A DNA stretch of 37,083 bases from IMG/VR virus record IMGVR_UViG_3300017991_000074, one strand, 5' to 3'. Within the stretch, counting starts at the first letter, position 1. Each line of letters begins with the position of its first letter. This stretch comes from an uncultured virus (IMG/VR IMGVR_UViG_3300017991_000074). Lineage: Duplodnaviria > Heunggongvirae > Uroviricota > Caudoviricetes. The notes under the pieces are model-generated. The model had not been told where the DNA came from. It searched no databases and was given only the letters and a program-made list of their open reading frames with translations. The position numbers and the translations under genes are program-made. Below, piece by piece: positions 34,651 to 37,083 of the stretch.

Positions 34651-36246
34651 ATGTCGAGCCCGATTCTAGATTCAGCGGCGATTATCGCTGATGGCGAAAC
34701 GGTTACCGCCGATACTGAGGAAAGTACGAATCCCCTACTCGATACTTTTTTGGATAAGTGGGATCGAGATCTTCAGGAGGACCGCCGGTGCTATGGCATC
34801 AAGATTCTCTTTGCTGGTTGCGAGAATAAGACCTTCCGAGACGGCCTCTATCGGGTAGGCGTTCGCCACATCCTGTTCACCTTTTTCCATTCGTTCAAGT
34901 GGCTGCGGAAATGGGCGGTTCAACGCATTGGTGAGGAGTTTGGGAAGTTTGATTTCGTGTTCCTGGACTCAGGGGGATTCTCGTTCCATCAGGCGAAGAA
35001 GGAGGGGAAGAAGCTCGAGTTCGATCTCCGAGAGTACTCGGACATGTACTACGAGGAGCTGAAGCGAGTAGGACATCTATTCGCTGGATGCGCCGAGGTG
35101 GATGTGTGGAGTCTCGGTGAAGAGTACATGCAGGAGAAGCGGTATGAGATGAAGGATGCCGGCGTTCCGATTGTGCCGGTGATTCAGGGCCACGAGCTTG
35201 AGAAGTACGAAGAGATGGGGTGGTTCGATAATTTCCCATACATCGCCATTGGTTCGGCGCTCATGAATGTGAAGCATGCCGGATATTTGAACAAGGTCTA
35301 CAAGCTGTGCCGTGAGCGAGGGATCATCCTTCACGGCTTTGCGGCAACCAGCGCGAAGGCGATCCTTCGGTCTCAGTTCTACTCGGTAGACTCGACATCG
35401 TGGCTCGGTGGCGGTCGTTTTGGCAACACTATGGTGTTCGAGAATGGCCGTATTCGGCATTACGACAAGGAGCAAAAGGACGTTCGGAAGCGGTTCAAGC
35501 AGCGGTTCGAGCAGAACGGGCTCATCTACGAGAACATCATCGATGATCAGTGGCTCGAGGTGAACCTGATGAACGCTGTCGCCTGGCGGCAGTGGGCGGA
35601 GTCGATTCGATACAACGGAACGAAGTGCTACTGGTTGCGGCCAGAGGAGAAGACGAAGGCGGTTGAGCTCAAGTCGAAGGCCTTCAACACGGAGGGCTTG
35701 ATCGACAGGACAGCTTCGATTCAGCGAGCGACGGACCGCAGACTCTCCCAGGTTGAAGATGCTGGGTATGATGATCGAGCTCATGAGGCGCTTCACTGTG
35801 ACACCTGCCATATCAGTGGGAGGTGTCCGCGGTACAAGGAGAAGCAGCCCTGCGGCTACGACATCAACATTCGGATGGAAACGAAGGCGGATCTCCAGCG
35901 TGCGATTCAGGTGGTGCTGGAGGCCGAGTTTGGCCGAGTGATGACGGGCGTGCTCTTCGAGAAGATTGAGGGGGGCATTCTCGACAAGAATCTTTCGGCC
36001 GAGCTCATGACCTTCGTGCAGCTGGTTGAGCGGGTGAAGAACATCTTTGACATCCGTGGAGAGGAAGAGCTGACGATCAAGGCCAAGGGTGGGGGAGCGG
36101 TTGCGAGCATGATGGCCTCGGTCTTCTCGCAGGGGAGTTCCGGTCTGTCCCAGACACAGCGTGCAGCTGGCAAAGTGGACCAGGTTATCGATGCTGAGTA
36201 CGAGGAGACAACGGATTCTGAGTCCGCGTCATCTTCAGAGGAGTAA
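34651..36246 (+). CDS. dpdA: DpdA-like DNA 7-deazaguanine transglycosylase (TGT fold) with a C-terminal Cys4/helical extension
   Basis: FLDSGGFS, EVD, VPVIQG, YIAIG, LHGFA and YSVDSTSW motifs of TGT/DpdA; clustered with folE, queD and queC. Confidence 0.8.
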   Translation: MSSPILDSAAIIADGETVTADTEESTNPLLDTFLDKWDRDLQEDRRCYGIKILFAGCENKTFRDGLYRVGVRHILFTFFHSFKWLRKWAVQRIGEEFGKFDFVFLDSGGFSFHQAKKEGKKLEFDLREYSDMYYEELKRVGHLFAGCAEVDVWSLGEEYMQEKRYEMKDAGVPIVPVIQGHELEKYEEMGWFDNFPYIAIGSALMNVKHAGYLNKVYKLCRERGIILHGFAATSAKAILRSQFYSVDSTSWLGGGRFGNTMVFENGRIRHYDKEQKDVRKRFKQRFEQNGLIYENIIDDQWLEVNLMNAVAWRQWAESIRYNGTKCYWLRPEEKTKAVELKSKAFNTEGLIDRTASIQRATDRRLSQVEDAGYDDRAHEALHCDTCHISGRCPRYKEKQPCGYDINIRMETKADLQRAIQVVLEAEFGRVMTGVLFEKIEGGILDKNLSAELMTFVQLVERVKNIFDIRGEEELTIKAKGGGAVASMMASVFSQGSSGLSQTQRAAGKVDQVIDAEYEETTDSESASSSEE

Positions 36247-36256
36247 ACGCCAAACA

Positions 36257-36295
36257 AAGGTACTTCTTTACAAATCATTTCCAACCTACTATAAT
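36257..36295 (+). promoter_or_regulatory. Sigma70-type promoter
   Basis: TTTACA (36267-72), 17-nt spacer, TATAAT (36290-95), in an AT-rich gap. Confidence 0.8.
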
Positions 36296-36354
36296 AAAAT
36301 AAAAGGTTGAAATTCAAACAACCAAATCAAGGTCCCAGATACAGGAGAAAGACA

Positions 36355-36681
36355 ATGCAGGGGACGACAGAAAACCTACCAGAGTCAGTCCGACAGTTCG
36401 TAGAAGTGCTCGAGGCCAACGCGAGGAAGGCCTGGGGCGAGGACGACAAGGAATTTGTCGAAGAGATTGTGTACGTGGAGCGCTATCATCCAGCGGAAAA
36501 CGGAGTGGAGGAAGTGTTCTGGGTGATTAGCGACAACTTCGAGAAGTTCTTTTCGTCGACCTACTATTACTACGAGGAAACCAGGAAGTGGTGCCTCGGA
36601 CGGATGTACTCGGGGGAGTCCATGAGGGAGTATTCGCAAGAAGCGGCGATGTCCGATGCCGACATCATGTTCACGGGGTAG
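36355..36681 (+). CDS. Acidic hypothetical protein
   Basis: AGGAG SD before ATG 36355; first gene after the promoter. Confidence 0.7.
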   Translation: MQGTTENLPESVRQFVEVLEANARKAWGEDDKEFVEEIVYVERYHPAENGVEEVFWVISDNFEKFFSSTYYYYEETRKWCLGRMYSGESMREYSQEAAMSDADIMFTG

Positions 36682-36684
36682 AGT

Positions 36685-36891
36685 ATGAGCCTCGGCGATT
36701 ACGAGCATACTTTTCGGGTGGTAGTTTCGGTTGTAGTGCGGAGTAAGCGCGAGAAACCGAATGCTATCGATGAGCCGCGGGATATAGGAGATGTCGTCGG
36801 ACAAGATGGAGTTGATATAACCACGGTGAGCTGCGAGCATGTCGGAACTGTCGATACGATGCCAGTGGAGGTAAGGAGGTCAATAGGATGA
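36685..36891 (+). CDS. Hypothetical protein
   Basis: 68 aa; fits the packing. Confidence 0.5.
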   Translation: MSLGDYEHTFRVVVSVVVRSKREKPNAIDEPRDIGDVVGQDGVDITTVSCEHVGTVDTMPVEVRRSIG

Positions 36892-37083
36892 ACGACAGGA
36901 GAACCAAGAGAGCTCGGCGCCAGTTGATGAGGGCGCAGCAGTTGATCGGCGGTCGGTTGAAGCACGCGATTGGTGGCGCACCGCAGTTGATCCTTCGATT
37001 GGGGCCTGAGTTGGCCTCGGTGGTGTTCTTTGGATCACACAACAACTTCCGACTCTTCGTTCCGTATCCGGGCCACACGCAGG
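36888..37083 (+). CDS. Hypothetical protein, partial (runs off the window)
   Basis: TAAGGAGGT SD and ATGA overlap; open to the window end (MNDRRTKRARRQLM...). Confidence 0.6.
   Translation, partial: MNDRRTKRARRQLMRAQQLIGGRLKHAIGGAPQLILRLGPELASVVFFGSHNNFRLFVPYPGHTQ

Noticed and set aside
34651..36246. Host-type tRNA-guanine transglycosylase (tgt)
   Set aside because: Lacks the TPxFMPVGT N-terminus and CxCxxC zinc motif of bacterial Tgt; motifs and context fit DpdA.
36247..36335. AT-rich stretch as a replication origin
   Set aside because: Explained by the promoter; no iterons or DnaA boxes seen.

Overview
A 37 kb segment of a large dsDNA bacteriophage genome, roughly 58-60% GC by eye. About 60 tightly packed genes all lie on the + strand, many with overlapping start/stop codons. 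I see no structural genes, integrase, rRNA or CRISPR array. The window holds (1) a self-contained replication and recombination module: DnaC-like loader, DnaB helicase, primase, gp32-type SSB, family A DNA polymerase, SF2 helicase, RecA, ATP-dependent ligase, ParB, Cas4-like exonuclease and two resolvases; (2) a C5-cytosine methyltransferase with internal repeats; and (3) a 7-deazaguanine DNA-modification pathway (folE, queD, queE, queC and a dpdA-like transglycosylase). The most interesting system is (3). A HAD phosphatase, a radical SAM enzyme and two GT-A glycosyltransferases are embedded in the cluster, no queF or arcS is visible, and DpdA carries a C-terminal Cys4 extension. This suggests a possibly undescribed glycosylated 7-deazaguanine DNA base. 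Non-coding signals include a non-canonical tRNA-like element followed by a second multi-stem RNA (26200-26499), a structured SSB-polA spacer, three related sigma70-type promoters and a recurring upstream motif. All calls come from reading motifs by eye; no searches were run.
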